DNA from: an uncultured archaeon
GTDB taxonomy: Archaea > Altiarchaeota > Altiarchaeia > IMC4 > QMZM01
Assembly: GCA_964549685.1 (NCBI GenBank)
Contig: CAZJVE010000002.1
Coordinates: forward strand, 5,246 to 69,245
DNA length: 64,000 bases
Reading direction: 5' to 3'
Made by a program: the position numbers and the translations under genes. The notes under the pieces were generated by a model. The model did not search any database, was not told the origin of the DNA, and saw nothing but the letters and a program-made list of their open reading frames with translations. This document shows, in pieces, positions 41,186-51,166 of this stretch (positions are counted from its first letter, which is position 1; each line of letters begins with the position of its first letter).

Positions 41186-43237
41186 ATGAGTTCTATCGGG
41201 CCAAAAATTCTCTGGATATCGGTTCTGCTGATTCTGACCGCCTCTGCCACTACAGCCGAATGCGTAACCGACGGCGTTAACGACAACTGTCTCGCCGTTC
41301 TGGAATACGGGGACGGGAGCCTTGAGATAGACCCCGACAACCCTGAGAGCATATACAAAGCCCTGAATCTCGTGAGCCCGGACTCACGCTCGCTGGACGA
41401 ATTCCTCGGCACCGAGGAAGGCGAAGAGATAATAGCCCTGCTATTCGACCAGCCCCGCGGCCCCTGGAAGTACGGGAACTTTCTCCTGGACCCGAGGGGC
41501 GCAGACCTCGACCTCTATGCCGAGAAACTCTCTGGACTCATAAGCGAAGAGAACAAAGAGAAGTTCGAGGAATCGCCCTACGGCTACATCGTGAAGCTTC
41601 GGGAGGAACCGCTGAGTTCGTACGGAAAAATATCGACAGCTGAATTGAATTCTCACAGGGATAATATTCTCGATTCCCACAAAATTGCACTGAATTACAT
41701 AAATAATAATTTCCCCGACTCACGGGTAAGGCGTGAATTCACCAATGTCTTCAACGGCATCTCCCTGGAAATCTCCGCCGATGAGGCGAAGCAGCTGAAG
41801 GGCCTCGACGTAGTCGAGGAAATCTATCCGATAAAGAGGATTCAAATCTCTCTGACCGAGAGCGTTTCCATGATTAATGCGGATGATGCATGGGGCCTCC
41901 TTGATGACCTTGGAAAGAACGTTACCGGCAAGGGCATCCTCATAGCAATAGTCGACACGGGGGTCGATTACACCCATACCGATTTCGGCGGCTGCCCCGC
42001 CGACTCCTACCTCTCTTGGGACTCCTGCCCCAAGGTCGCGGGGGGCTACGACTTCGTGAGTGATTTTGCCGACCCCATGGATGATGCAGGCCATGGAACG
42101 CACTGCGCCGGGATAGCGCTCTCCAACGGCTCCCTGAAAGGCGTTGCCCCGGATGCAAGGCTGCTGGCCTACAAGGTCCTTGACTCCGGAGGTGGAGGAT
42201 ATGACGACGACATCATAGCGGGAATAGAGCGGGCGGTCAATGAATCGGCCGATGTGATAAGCCTCAGTCTCGGGGGGAGCGGAAACCCCGACGATGCCCT
42301 GTCACAGGCCGTTGATAATGCTGCCAATGCCGGAGCGGTCGTAGTCGTTGCGGCGGGCAACAGCGGCCCGGATGCCAGAACCGTCGCATCTCCAGCCTGT
42401 GCCAGGAAGGCAATAACAATCGGGGCGACCTACAAGGAGAGCGATAATACCTCAACATCCGAGCTGTACCTCTTGAACGGCACTGCAGCCGAGGAGATAG
42501 ACTCACAACCGCTCGAAGAATCCGCACTAACGCCCGAGGGCGGGATAATGGCGGAGCTCCTCTTCGCATCCCTCGGCTATGCAGGAAATTTCACCGGCCA
42601 GAATTTCACGGGAAAGATTGCGCTGATTGGAAGAGGCGAATTCACCTTCCAGGCTAAGGTTCAGAATGCCTATGATGCCGGAGCCATCGGAACAATAATC
42701 TACAATAACGAACTCGGGAATTTCCTCGGAACCCTCGTAAACCAGTCGGAGATTCCGGCGGTCTCCATATCCCTGAGCGATGGCGCGCGCCTTCTGGGCC
42801 TTGTAAATAGCAGCACAGTGACCGTGAACCTGAGCGTTCTCAGCTACGAGGAATTAATAGCAGATTTCAGCTCGAGAGGCCCTGCATACATCTACAACAA
42901 GCCCGACCTGGTGGCTCCGGGAGCACTCATCTGCGCCTCGCAGTGGGACGACGTCTATTCGGACAGCCCCTGCTACGATTCAGAGCATGCCGCAATCTCG
43001 GGCACCTCCATGGCGACACCGCACGTTGCAGGAGCAGCAGCACTAATCCTGCAGAAGCATACTGGCTGGAGCCCTGACCATGTCAAGTACGCACTGCTGA
43101 CTACTGCCAGGGACTATGGCTATGATGTCAATGCGCAGGGGGCGGGCCTCATCGACGCCTACAAGGCGGTCAACCTCACAAACAAACCACCCATTGCAAT
43201 CATCTCGAACATCACAGGACTCGAATACAGGACCTAG
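41186..43237 (+). CDS. secreted subtilisin-like serine protease (S8) with PA domain
   Basis: The catalytic triad contexts are VAIVDTGVDYTH (Asp), HGTHCAGI (His) and SGTSMATPHVAGAAAL (Ser). There is an N-terminal signal peptide and an inserted PA-like domain (GKIALIGRGEFTF). Confidence 0.93.
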   Translation: MSSIGPKILWISVLLILTASATTAECVTDGVNDNCLAVLEYGDGSLEIDPDNPESIYKALNLVSPDSRSLDEFLGTEEGEEIIALLFDQPRGPWKYGNFLLDPRGADLDLYAEKLSGLISEENKEKFEESPYGYIVKLREEPLSSYGKISTAELNSHRDNILDSHKIALNYINNNFPDSRVRREFTNVFNGISLEISADEAKQLKGLDVVEEIYPIKRIQISLTESVSMINADDAWGLLDDLGKNVTGKGILIAIVDTGVDYTHTDFGGCPADSYLSWDSCPKVAGGYDFVSDFADPMDDAGHGTHCAGIALSNGSLKGVAPDARLLAYKVLDSGGGGYDDDIIAGIERAVNESADVISLSLGGSGNPDDALSQAVDNAANAGAVVVVAAGNSGPDARTVASPACARKAITIGATYKESDNTSTSELYLLNGTAAEEIDSQPLEESALTPEGGIMAELLFASLGYAGNFTGQNFTGKIALIGRGEFTFQAKVQNAYDAGAIGTIIYNNELGNFLGTLVNQSEIPAVSISLSDGARLLGLVNSSTVTVNLSVLSYEELIADFSSRGPAYIYNKPDLVAPGALICASQWDDVYSDSPCYDSEHAAISGTSMATPHVAGAAALILQKHTGWSPDHVKYALLTTARDYGYDVNAQGAGLIDAYKAVNLTNKPPIAIISNITGLEYRT

Positions 43238-43238
43238 A

Positions 43239-45647
43239 ATGAATAGGACAATAATCTACATGATGCTGGCAGCCATGGTATTCTTTTCCGGCTGCGTTGT
43301 AGAAGTGGAGCAGAACGGCTACATCAATGGAACCATCGAGATAACCGGCTATGCACTTGGCTCGAACCTGTCCAGCTACACGGTCGAGATTGGAGAGAGC
43401 TTTAATGCCACCCAGTGGTCCACGACCGGGGTGGAATTAATCAGCAGCGGCACCTCAGAGATAGCCAATGGTACTCTGGCAAGATGGGACACCACTGCCG
43501 TGAGGGACGGGCAGTACACCATAAGGCTGACGGTCACGGACACGAACAACGTCAGCAGCCAGGACCTGGTCTATGTTAATGTTGACAACGTCTTCATAGA
43601 CTCGCCGGAGAACGGCTCCCCCGTCAGCAACGCAGACCTCATTGATATTAAGGGCAAGGCCGTCGGCCTGACTTTTACCAGCTACTCAATCGACTATAGC
43701 CCCGACAACGAAAATTGGTCCGCTGCCGGAATATCCCTCGCAAATAACGGGACAGAAAAGGTGGATAACGACACCCTTGCCACGTGGAATACATCTTACG
43801 CAGAAAATTCCGGCAGGCATACCCTGCGGCTCAATGTATACGGCCCCGGAGGTTTGATAAACTCCGACAACAGTACCGTAATACTGGCAAACTATCAGGC
43901 GGGCTGGCCGCAGGCAACGGGCGGGAACATATACTCCTCCCCTGCAGTCGGGGACCTGGACAACGACGGCGACCTGGAGATTGTTGTTGGCTCCCTTGAT
44001 GGCTATGTCTATGCCTGGCACCACAACGGCACCATGGTGGCTGGATGGTATCAGATAACTCAGAACTATGTCCGGTCCTCCCCGACACTCTCGGACCTGG
44101 ACAACGACGGCGATTTAGAGGTCGTTGTTGGTTCTTATGACGACGAGGTCTATGCATGGCACCACGACGCCAACCCGGTCCAGGGCTGGTCAAACGATAT
44201 TAGTGATTACTCGGATATGAAAACCTCCCCTGCAATATCTGACCTTGACGGCGACGGAGCCAAGGAGATTGTCGTAGGGGCAGGCACCACCGTATACGCC
44301 TGGCACTCCAACGGCTCGGTAGTCGAAAGCGAAGTAGTGGGGGACACGCATGAATATTCCCTCGAATCCCAGCACCCCTACGATAATTATCTGGACAAGA
44401 CATGGACCATAACCATGCCCGGCTTCACCTCAATAGCTGTTCACTTCACTAAGATAGACGTCGAGCAGGGCTTCGATTATCTATATGTCAAGGACGCGTC
44501 AGGAAAAACAGTCAATACATACACAGGATTATATGAGGACGTCTGGAGCACCTCGGTTGATGGAGATACGATAAACATAACTCTGTATTCGGACTACATG
44601 ATAACCGACTGGGGCTTTGAGATTGACAGAGTTCTGAACGGCTCGGTGGGCGGTTGGCCCCGGGAGGTGGGGTACGATATCTTTTCTTCCCCGGCGCTGG
44701 GCGACCTGGATGGCGACGGAACCCTTGAAGTAGTGGTTGGCTCATATGAAGGGAGGCTCCATGCGTGGCACCACGACGGAACCCTGGTTGATGGATGGCC
44801 CTTGGAGCTCGGGGACCAGTATTCATATATAGAAGGTTCCCCTGCACTCGCAGACATTGACATGGACGGTGACCTCGAGATAATAGTGGGCCTGAATTCC
44901 TATACCAATGAAATTCACGCTCTCCATCATTCCGGCCTGGCCGTTGACGGATGGCCGCAGAATATTTCATACTACTTCGGCTCCTCCCCTGCGGTCGGGG
45001 ACCTGAATGGAGACGGAACCCCTGAAATAGCCATCGGCTCAGGTACAGGGGTGGCAATATTCCGGAACAACGGCTCCCTGCTGGCCGGCTGGCCCCAGGA
45101 CACCGGGGATTACATCTACTCCTCCCCGGCAATAGCAGACCTGGACTGCGACGGCGACCTTGAGATACTCATTGGCTCCATTGACGGCAGTCTCCATGCC
45201 TGGCACCACAACGGCTCCCTGGTGGATGGATGGCCGAAGGAGACAGGGGATTACATCTACTCCTCTCCAGCAGTGGCAGACCTCGACGGAGATGGCGACC
45301 TCGAGGTCATAGTCGGCTCCTATGACGACAAGATTCATATCTGGGACGAATCAGGGAGCTGCTCTCCTTATCAGATAGAATGGGACAAGTTCAGTTACAA
45401 CGAGATGAATACCGGCTGGTATGAGGGAGATGTTACCAATACGACAGCGACGACTTCCACAACAAGCACAACCACCACCTCTACCAGCACAACCCTACCC
45501 AGCTGCGAGACAACCGGTGACATATATCCCTGCGACGGGGAGGTGACTCTCGCAGAGGTTCTGGATACGATAAATAGCTGGTATAATGGCCTGACAGACA
45601 TTGGCGATGTAATAATGGCGATTAATAATTGGGCGAATTCAGGGTAA
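43239..45647 (+). CDS. FG-GAP/VCBS-repeat beta-propeller surface protein with inserted CUB-like domain and C-terminal Thr linker plus conserved module
   Basis: The start is set at the ATG at 43239 (MNRTIIYMMLAAMVFFSGC, lipobox), 1 nt after the protease stop. It has 10 or more repeats of SSPA.GDLD.DGDLE..VGS.DG..YAWHHNG. The insert HPYDNYLDKTWTITMPGF..IAVHF...GFDYLYVKD is CUB-like. Confidence 0.85.
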   Translation: MNRTIIYMMLAAMVFFSGCVVEVEQNGYINGTIEITGYALGSNLSSYTVEIGESFNATQWSTTGVELISSGTSEIANGTLARWDTTAVRDGQYTIRLTVTDTNNVSSQDLVYVNVDNVFIDSPENGSPVSNADLIDIKGKAVGLTFTSYSIDYSPDNENWSAAGISLANNGTEKVDNDTLATWNTSYAENSGRHTLRLNVYGPGGLINSDNSTVILANYQAGWPQATGGNIYSSPAVGDLDNDGDLEIVVGSLDGYVYAWHHNGTMVAGWYQITQNYVRSSPTLSDLDNDGDLEVVVGSYDDEVYAWHHDANPVQGWSNDISDYSDMKTSPAISDLDGDGAKEIVVGAGTTVYAWHSNGSVVESEVVGDTHEYSLESQHPYDNYLDKTWTITMPGFTSIAVHFTKIDVEQGFDYLYVKDASGKTVNTYTGLYEDVWSTSVDGDTINITLYSDYMITDWGFEIDRVLNGSVGGWPREVGYDIFSSPALGDLDGDGTLEVVVGSYEGRLHAWHHDGTLVDGWPLELGDQYSYIEGSPALADIDMDGDLEIIVGLNSYTNEIHALHHSGLAVDGWPQNISYYFGSSPAVGDLNGDGTPEIAIGSGTGVAIFRNNGSLLAGWPQDTGDYIYSSPAIADLDCDGDLEILIGSIDGSLHAWHHNGSLVDGWPKETGDYIYSSPAVADLDGDGDLEVIVGSYDDKIHIWDESGSCSPYQIEWDKFSYNEMNTGWYEGDVTNTTATTSTTSTTTTSTSTTLPSCETTGDIYPCDGEVTLAEVLDTINSWYNGLTDIGDVIMAINNWANSG

Positions 45648-47000
45648 ATTGTCCTTAACGCACTCGAACTCCCTCAGCTCATCCAGAATCAGCTCCCTTA
45701 TCTCGTCCAGCTTCTCCTCGGTCTTTGCCTCGAATCTGAGAATCAGCGCCGGCTCCGTATTGGAAGCCCGGACCAGGCCCCAGCCGTGCCTGGTCTGCAC
45801 CCTGGCTCCATCGACCGTAACGACGTCGTACTTGTCCTGAAACTTCTTCTTGACGTCCTCGACGATTTCGAACTTCTTCTCCTCAGGGCATGGCACCCTT
45901 ATCTCCGGGGTCGAATGGTATTCGGGCATATTCGCAATGGTCTCAGAGAGTTTTTCCTTGCTCTTCGACAGCAGCTCCGCCATTCTGGCAGAGGCAAAGA
46001 TTCCATCATCGTAGCCGTAGTAGTTATCGGCAAAGAAGAAATGCCCTGACATCTCTCCCGCCAGGAGGGCGCCCTCCTCACGCATCTTCTTCTTTATGAA
46101 TGAGTGCCCGGTCCTGTACATTATGGGTGTTCCGCCCTTCTCCCGAATATCCTCAGCCAATGCCATGGAGCACTTGACCTCGAAGATGATTTTGGCATGG
46201 TTCTCTTTCAGGACGTCCCTTGCAAACAGCATCAGAATCTGGTCGCCTCTCACTATGTTGCCCTTGTCATCAACTATTCCAAGCCGGTCCGCATCTCCGT
46301 CATAGGCAATCCCGAAGTCGGCCCGTTCTATCTTGACTCTCCTTATCAGCTCCTTGAGAAATTCATCCACTGTTGGATCTGGGTGGTGGCTGGGAAAATT
46401 CCCGTCCGGCCTCCAGTTCAGCTTCGTGACCCTGCAGCCCAGCTCCTCGAAGAGCTTCCCGGAAATCTCTCCTGCCGTGCCATTGCCGGAGTCTATGACT
46501 ACTGCAATCTTCTTCTTGAGATGAATCCTGTCCTTGACGAATTTTATGTAGTCATCGATTACATTCTCCTCGGTGACCTTCCCCTCCCCGGTTACAAAAG
46601 CCCCGGCCTCGACCATGTTCTTCAGCTTCTGAATATCCTCGCCATAGAGGGTCTTCTCCCCCTTACATAGCTTGAAGCCGTTGTATTCCGGCGCATTGTG
46701 AGAGCCGGTAATCATAATGCCGCCGTCCTTTCCGTAGTGGCTGATGGCGAAATAGAGAACAGGGGTCGGGACCATTCCTATGTCCGTTACATTGCAGCCG
46801 GAATCTATCAGCCCCTTAATCAGGGAATCCCTCAGTGCGGGAGAACTTAGCCTGCAGTCTCTTCCAACGACGATATCGCCCCCCTCGACATAGGTTCCAA
46901 AGGCCTTTCCGATATTCTTTGCAATATCCTCGGTCAAATCCTTGCCGGCTATTCCCCTGATGTCATAGGCTCGAAAGATGCTCATTCTATATCCTTCCAC
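45639..47000 (-). CDS. phosphoglucomutase/phosphomannomutase family (phosphohexomutase)
   Basis: Starts FRAYDIRGI. The active-site loop is TGSHNAPEYNGFK and the Mg site is DGDADR. Confidence 0.92.
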   Translation of the reverse strand: MEGYRMSIFRAYDIRGIAGKDLTEDIAKNIGKAFGTYVEGGDIVVGRDCRLSSPALRDSLIKGLIDSGCNVTDIGMVPTPVLYFAISHYGKDGGIMITGSHNAPEYNGFKLCKGEKTLYGEDIQKLKNMVEAGAFVTGEGKVTEENVIDDYIKFVKDRIHLKKKIAVVIDSGNGTAGEISGKLFEELGCRVTKLNWRPDGNFPSHHPDPTVDEFLKELIRRVKIERADFGIAYDGDADRLGIVDDKGNIVRGDQILMLFARDVLKENHAKIIFEVKCSMALAEDIREKGGTPIMYRTGHSFIKKKMREEGALLAGEMSGHFFFADNYYGYDDGIFASARMAELLSKSKEKLSETIANMPEYHSTPEIRVPCPEEKKFEIVEDVKKKFQDKYDVVTVDGARVQTRHGWGLVRASNTEPALILRFEAKTEEKLDEIRELILDELREFECVKDNLP

Positions 47001-47815
47001 CCCTTTATCGCCTTTTCATAGGCCTCGTGCGTTCCCGTATCGAACCACTGCCCCTTGAACCTGTAGCCGCAGAGCTGACCCTCCCTCGCAAGCCTTGGAA
47101 AAACACCCTTCTCCATCATCGAGCGCCCCTCGGGGACGTAGTCGATGACCTTGGGCTCCAGGAGATAGACCCCTGCGTTTATGAACTTCGAGGGCTCCTT
47201 ACCTTTTTCCGGCTTTTCTATGAACTCAAGAATCTTATCGCCCTCAAGCTTCGCGACCCCGAACCTGGATGGCTCATCCACCGCCGTCAGAGCAATCGTG
47301 GCAAGGCACTTGTTCTTCCTGTGAAAGTGAATCATCTCATGGAGGTCTATGTTTGCAAGCACATCACCATTAAACATGAAGAAGGACCTGTCCGGCCTCT
47401 CCTCCAGGAGGTTGAGCGAACCGGCTGTTCCAAGCTCTTCCTCCTCGACAATGTATCTTATATTCACACCGAGATTTGTGCCGTTGCCTAGTCCAGACTG
47501 TATCCTGTCGCCCATGTAGCCGATGGACATGACAATGTTCGTTATGTGGTGCTTCCTCAGCAGTTCGATTGTGTGCTGAACGAGGGGCTTTTCATGCACC
47601 GGAATCAGTGGCTTGGGAATCTCATAGGTGAAGGGCCGCATCCTTGTCCCTTTGCCTCCGGCAAGAATCAGTGCCATGTCCACTCTGCTGGAAGCCAGCG
47701 CCTTGGAAAGCAGGAAATTCACGGCATCGGAGCGATTCTTTATCCTGTCATCATCGATGAATTCGTCAACGTCCTCCAGAATCTCTTCATCTATGCTTAT
47801 AGACTTCTCACCCAT
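46982..47815 (-). CDS. sugar-1-phosphate nucleotidyltransferase fused to an N-terminal ribbon-helix-helix (CopG-like) domain
   Basis: The N-terminus KSISIDEEILEDVDEFIDDDRIKNRSDAVNFLLSKAL follows the RHH pattern. It is followed by LILAGGKGTRMRPFTYEIPKPLIPV, the NTP-transferase signature. Confidence 0.85.
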   Translation of the reverse strand: MGEKSISIDEEILEDVDEFIDDDRIKNRSDAVNFLLSKALASSRVDMALILAGGKGTRMRPFTYEIPKPLIPVHEKPLVQHTIELLRKHHITNIVMSIGYMGDRIQSGLGNGTNLGVNIRYIVEEEELGTAGSLNLLEERPDRSFFMFNGDVLANIDLHEMIHFHRKNKCLATIALTAVDEPSRFGVAKLEGDKILEFIEKPEKGKEPSKFINAGVYLLEPKVIDYVPEGRSMMEKGVFPRLAREGQLCGYRFKGQWFDTGTHEAYEKAIKGWKDIE

Positions 47816-47865
47816 TTTGAATATATTGGTTGGAATATTTATATCTACTTTTATAATTAAGTTAC

Positions 47866-50262
47866 ATGGTCAAGATTCGATTTTTTGTCTTGCTTTTGGT
47901 GCTGATTCTTGCCCCGCTGGCAAGTTCATCGGAGCCTTCGATGGGTCTCAAGTGGGAGGAGGAGCTGAAGAACCCGGTAACTGCAGTCGAGATTGCCGAC
48001 GTTAATGGAGACGGTAAAAAGGAGATTGTTGCTGCCGTGTCTGAAACTCGATTTATCGGCGGAACGCTGGCTGGCTCCGGTAAGATATACCTTCTGGACC
48101 AGGATGGCGATATAATAAACGAGAGCTCTACACTCATCGGGCCGCCTTCCGACATACTTGTTGTTGATGACCTTGATGGAGATGGTAAATCAGAGATTGT
48201 ATTGGGTATATATTCCCATTCCCACGTCCTGGACTTCAGCTGCAAACCACTGTTCAAGCCATACGTCGGCAATGGCCGCATAATCGAAAGCATCAAGACT
48301 GCCGACCTCGACAACGACGGACCGAAGGAGATAGTGATAACTGCCGTTTCAGATAACCAGAACCAGAACGGTGTTTATGTCTTCGACAATACCGGAAAAA
48401 GAAAGTGGACCAGGGGTACAAAGGGAAGGTCTTATTCCTTTGCCATAGAGGACATCAACAATGACGGCATGTCCGAGGTCGTTGTCGGCACGACGTGGGG
48501 GAACGGCCCCATAGCATCATCTACCGGATACGTCAGCGTCTTCAATTCATCGGGCGGTGAAGTATTCAACCACCGGATAGAGAGGGGCGGCATAGTGTCG
48601 GTGGCAGTAGCCGACCTCGACAACGACGGCACGGGCGAGATTCTGGCCGGCTCTTGGCCGGATTTACGCGTTTTCGACCATGAAGGCAATTCCGAATGGA
48701 ACTATACTACCGGAGGCAGAATCAACGCGCTTATGGCGGATGATATCAACGGCGGCGGAAACAAGGAGATAGTAATCGCATCAAACGACGTCTATGTTCT
48801 GGACGACGAAGGAAATGAGATATGCAAAAATTCCGCGGGCAGCGAGGTCTACGCGCTGGAAATAAAGGACCTCGATGGAGACGGCAGGGCGGAGATACTG
48901 GCCGGCTCCGACAGGTTTTATGTCCTTGACAGCGAATGCAACGAGGTCTGGAACTACAGGACTGACCTGTCCGTAAAGGGCATCTCGGTCGACGACTTGG
49001 ACAACGACGGCTATTACGAGGTTGCAGTCGGTTCACTGGACAGGACGCTTTACGTCTTCGGCTCAAAGGAGCACGTGATGGGCAGTTCAGCTGATGATTC
49101 CTACTCCGAGGCCCAGAAGCTCTACCTGGCAGGAAACAATGAGCTGGCCCTGAACTATTCAAGGAACGCAAAGGAACTATACCAGGAACTCAACGACAGC
49201 AAGGGCGTTTCCAGGGCGGAGCGGCTGACAGACCAGATAGAGGGTGCGATAGCGGACCAGGGCAACGAGCTGGAGACCGCGAACCGCTATTACAGCCTGG
49301 CCGAGAACCTTTCAAATCAGCAGGATTATCTGAATGCGAGCAGATACTTGAAGACAGCCATAGCCAAGTACTCTGCCCTCAGTGAAGTAGAGCTGCTTTC
49401 GAAGGCGGATTCATTGCTCGAGAAGACCGACAGCATGGTCGCATTAATGGCTGATTCAATCTACAATGAAGGGAGCCAGAAGCATTCGGAGAAGAAATAC
49501 ACGGAGGCCATCCCCCTGCTGGAAAATGCACGGGAACACTACTTCTGGGTCAAAGACCAGGAGGGCAGCAGGAACAGCGCCCGGCTCATAGCCGACTCCT
49601 ACCATGAGCTTGCGAAACAGCAGCTGAACACCGGCAACCTTAACGAGGCCAGCACATATTCCCAGAAGGCCAGGTCGCTCTACATCTGCCTGGACAACGA
49701 GGGGGCCACCTACTGCGATGCAAGGAACATCCAGATAAAGGGGGCCGATGAACTGCTGGCCGAGAACCGGAGCTATGACGACAGCGCATACAGGGAAGAG
49801 CTCGAGGGCATAGATTCCATTATTGGAAACGTCGCCTCCGGCAGAGGGGGCGCCGGGCCAATCCCTCCTGAATACATGGACTACCTCCTGGCAATACTCG
49901 GGGCTTCAATAGTAATCACGATAATAGCAATAGTCTTCGTCTCAAGGAAGAGGGGCAGAAAGCGAAGGCGGCCCAGGAAGAAGAAAAAGGAGAAGAAGGC
50001 AGAGCCCAAGAAAGAGAAGGGGGACGAGCCTGAGGAAGAGGATGAGGACGAACCTGAAGAAGAGGAAAAGGCCGACAAAAAGAAAGATGCCAAAAAGGAA
50101 AAGGAAATAAAGGAGACGGAGAAGAAGGTAGAGCACCTCATCGGGGTGGGCAGGCCCGAGCCCGTGGAGAAGCCAAAACGGAGACAGGAGATTAAGAAGA
50201 TAGAGAAGAGCACACGAAGGGGCGATGGCGCGTCCCTGAACCTATTGAGCGAAAATGAATAA
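47866..50262 (+). CDS. membrane-anchored FG-GAP propeller / TPR-like helical protein with K/E-rich cytoplasmic tail
   Basis: A signal peptide precedes about 8 D.(D/N).DG..E(I/V) blades. Next come a ~330-aa helical region with TPR-like Y/A/L periodicity and a TM helix (LLAILGASIVITIIAIVFV). The tail begins RKRGRKRRRPRKKKKEKK and is acidic/basic. Confidence 0.75.
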   Translation: MVKIRFFVLLLVLILAPLASSSEPSMGLKWEEELKNPVTAVEIADVNGDGKKEIVAAVSETRFIGGTLAGSGKIYLLDQDGDIINESSTLIGPPSDILVVDDLDGDGKSEIVLGIYSHSHVLDFSCKPLFKPYVGNGRIIESIKTADLDNDGPKEIVITAVSDNQNQNGVYVFDNTGKRKWTRGTKGRSYSFAIEDINNDGMSEVVVGTTWGNGPIASSTGYVSVFNSSGGEVFNHRIERGGIVSVAVADLDNDGTGEILAGSWPDLRVFDHEGNSEWNYTTGGRINALMADDINGGGNKEIVIASNDVYVLDDEGNEICKNSAGSEVYALEIKDLDGDGRAEILAGSDRFYVLDSECNEVWNYRTDLSVKGISVDDLDNDGYYEVAVGSLDRTLYVFGSKEHVMGSSADDSYSEAQKLYLAGNNELALNYSRNAKELYQELNDSKGVSRAERLTDQIEGAIADQGNELETANRYYSLAENLSNQQDYLNASRYLKTAIAKYSALSEVELLSKADSLLEKTDSMVALMADSIYNEGSQKHSEKKYTEAIPLLENAREHYFWVKDQEGSRNSARLIADSYHELAKQQLNTGNLNEASTYSQKARSLYICLDNEGATYCDARNIQIKGADELLAENRSYDDSAYREELEGIDSIIGNVASGRGGAGPIPPEYMDYLLAILGASIVITIIAIVFVSRKRGRKRRRPRKKKKEKKAEPKKEKGDEPEEEDEDEPEEEEKADKKKDAKKEKEIKETEKKVEHLIGVGRPEPVEKPKRRQEIKKIEKSTRRGDGASLNLLSENE

Positions 50263-51166
50263 GACACTACTACTCGTGCTGATTATCGCACTGGCCGGGA
50301 TTTCATCAGCAAGGTACATATCCATATCCACCACCTCGACAGCCGAAAGAATCACCGAGGGAGACAGTACAGTTATCGGCGCCAGGCTCGTCAACTCTGG
50401 AGACGAGGCAGCGCACGACGTAAGGGTATCCCTCATGCTGCCGGAGGGCTTCAGCGCGAACGAACTGAAGCCCGGACAGATGGAGCCAGATGAGCCCTAT
50501 GAAGGGGATTTTACCGTCAGCATAGATAGTGACGTTACCCCCGGGACCTACCTCGTCGCAATCCTTACCGACTACCGGGACGCGAACGCATACCCCTTCT
50601 CCTCGATAACCCAGAGTTTCATCAACCTCGGCGAGGAGACATTTTCCGACATATCCGGGACCCTGTCGAAAATCAGCATTAGCCCGGAAGGCTCCGCATC
50701 AACAACGCTCACGATAAGGAACAGAGGAGATGAAAAGCGCAGGCTGAGGGTCAGGCTGTTCCTCCCGAGGGAGCTTGAGGCAGACGTTGAAAGCTATGAG
50801 CTGGAACTGGGGCCGAGGGCTCAGGAAGAGCACCGATTCAAAATATCCTCCTTCGGAGCCCTTGCCGGAAGCACCTATATAATCTCTGCATCAATAGAAT
50901 ATGAGGAAGACAACCTCCACTACACCTCAACTGCGTCAGGGGTGGTGGAGATAGTAACCGAGGAGGAGGTACCTGTGGGAGAGGAGAGCGGGCCAGGCAT
51001 CTTCGACAGGCTGGACATGACGCTCTTGCTCCTGATAGGCAGCTTTATCCTGCTGCTCGTAATATTCGCAGCATTGTCGATGAAAAGCAAAAATGAAAAA
51101 CAAGGAAAAGATATCGGTGATAATCCCGACGCTGAACGAGGAGAAGAACCTCCCGAAGGTCCTTGA
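50255..51166 (+). CDS. secreted CARDB/COG1361-like beta-sandwich protein with C-terminal TM anchor
   Basis: Has a signal peptide and two beta-rich units of the type found in archaeal S-layer-domain proteins (FTVSIDSDVTPGTYLV, LTIRNRGDEKRRLRV). The C-terminal TM helix is LLLLIGSFILLLVIFAAL. Confidence 0.5.
   Translation: MNKTLLLVLIIALAGISSARYISISTTSTAERITEGDSTVIGARLVNSGDEAAHDVRVSLMLPEGFSANELKPGQMEPDEPYEGDFTVSIDSDVTPGTYLVAILTDYRDANAYPFSSITQSFINLGEETFSDISGTLSKISISPEGSASTTLTIRNRGDEKRRLRVRLFLPRELEADVESYELELGPRAQEEHRFKISSFGALAGSTYIISASIEYEEDNLHYTSTASGVVEIVTEEEVPVGEESGPGIFDRLDMTLLLLIGSFILLLVIFAALSMKSKNEKQGKDIGDNPDAERGEEPPEGP

Noticed and set aside
41128-41412. 94-aa minus-strand ORF from the track.
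   Set aside because: It overlaps the subtilase N-terminus in antisense and the C/D box sRNA, and it has no coding features.
43116-43238. N-terminal extension of the FG-GAP protein as given in the track (start at 43116).
   Set aside because: The extension overlaps the subtilase C-terminus by 122 nt. The internal ATG at 43239 begins a proper signal peptide plus lipobox (MNRTIIYMMLAAMVFFSGC).
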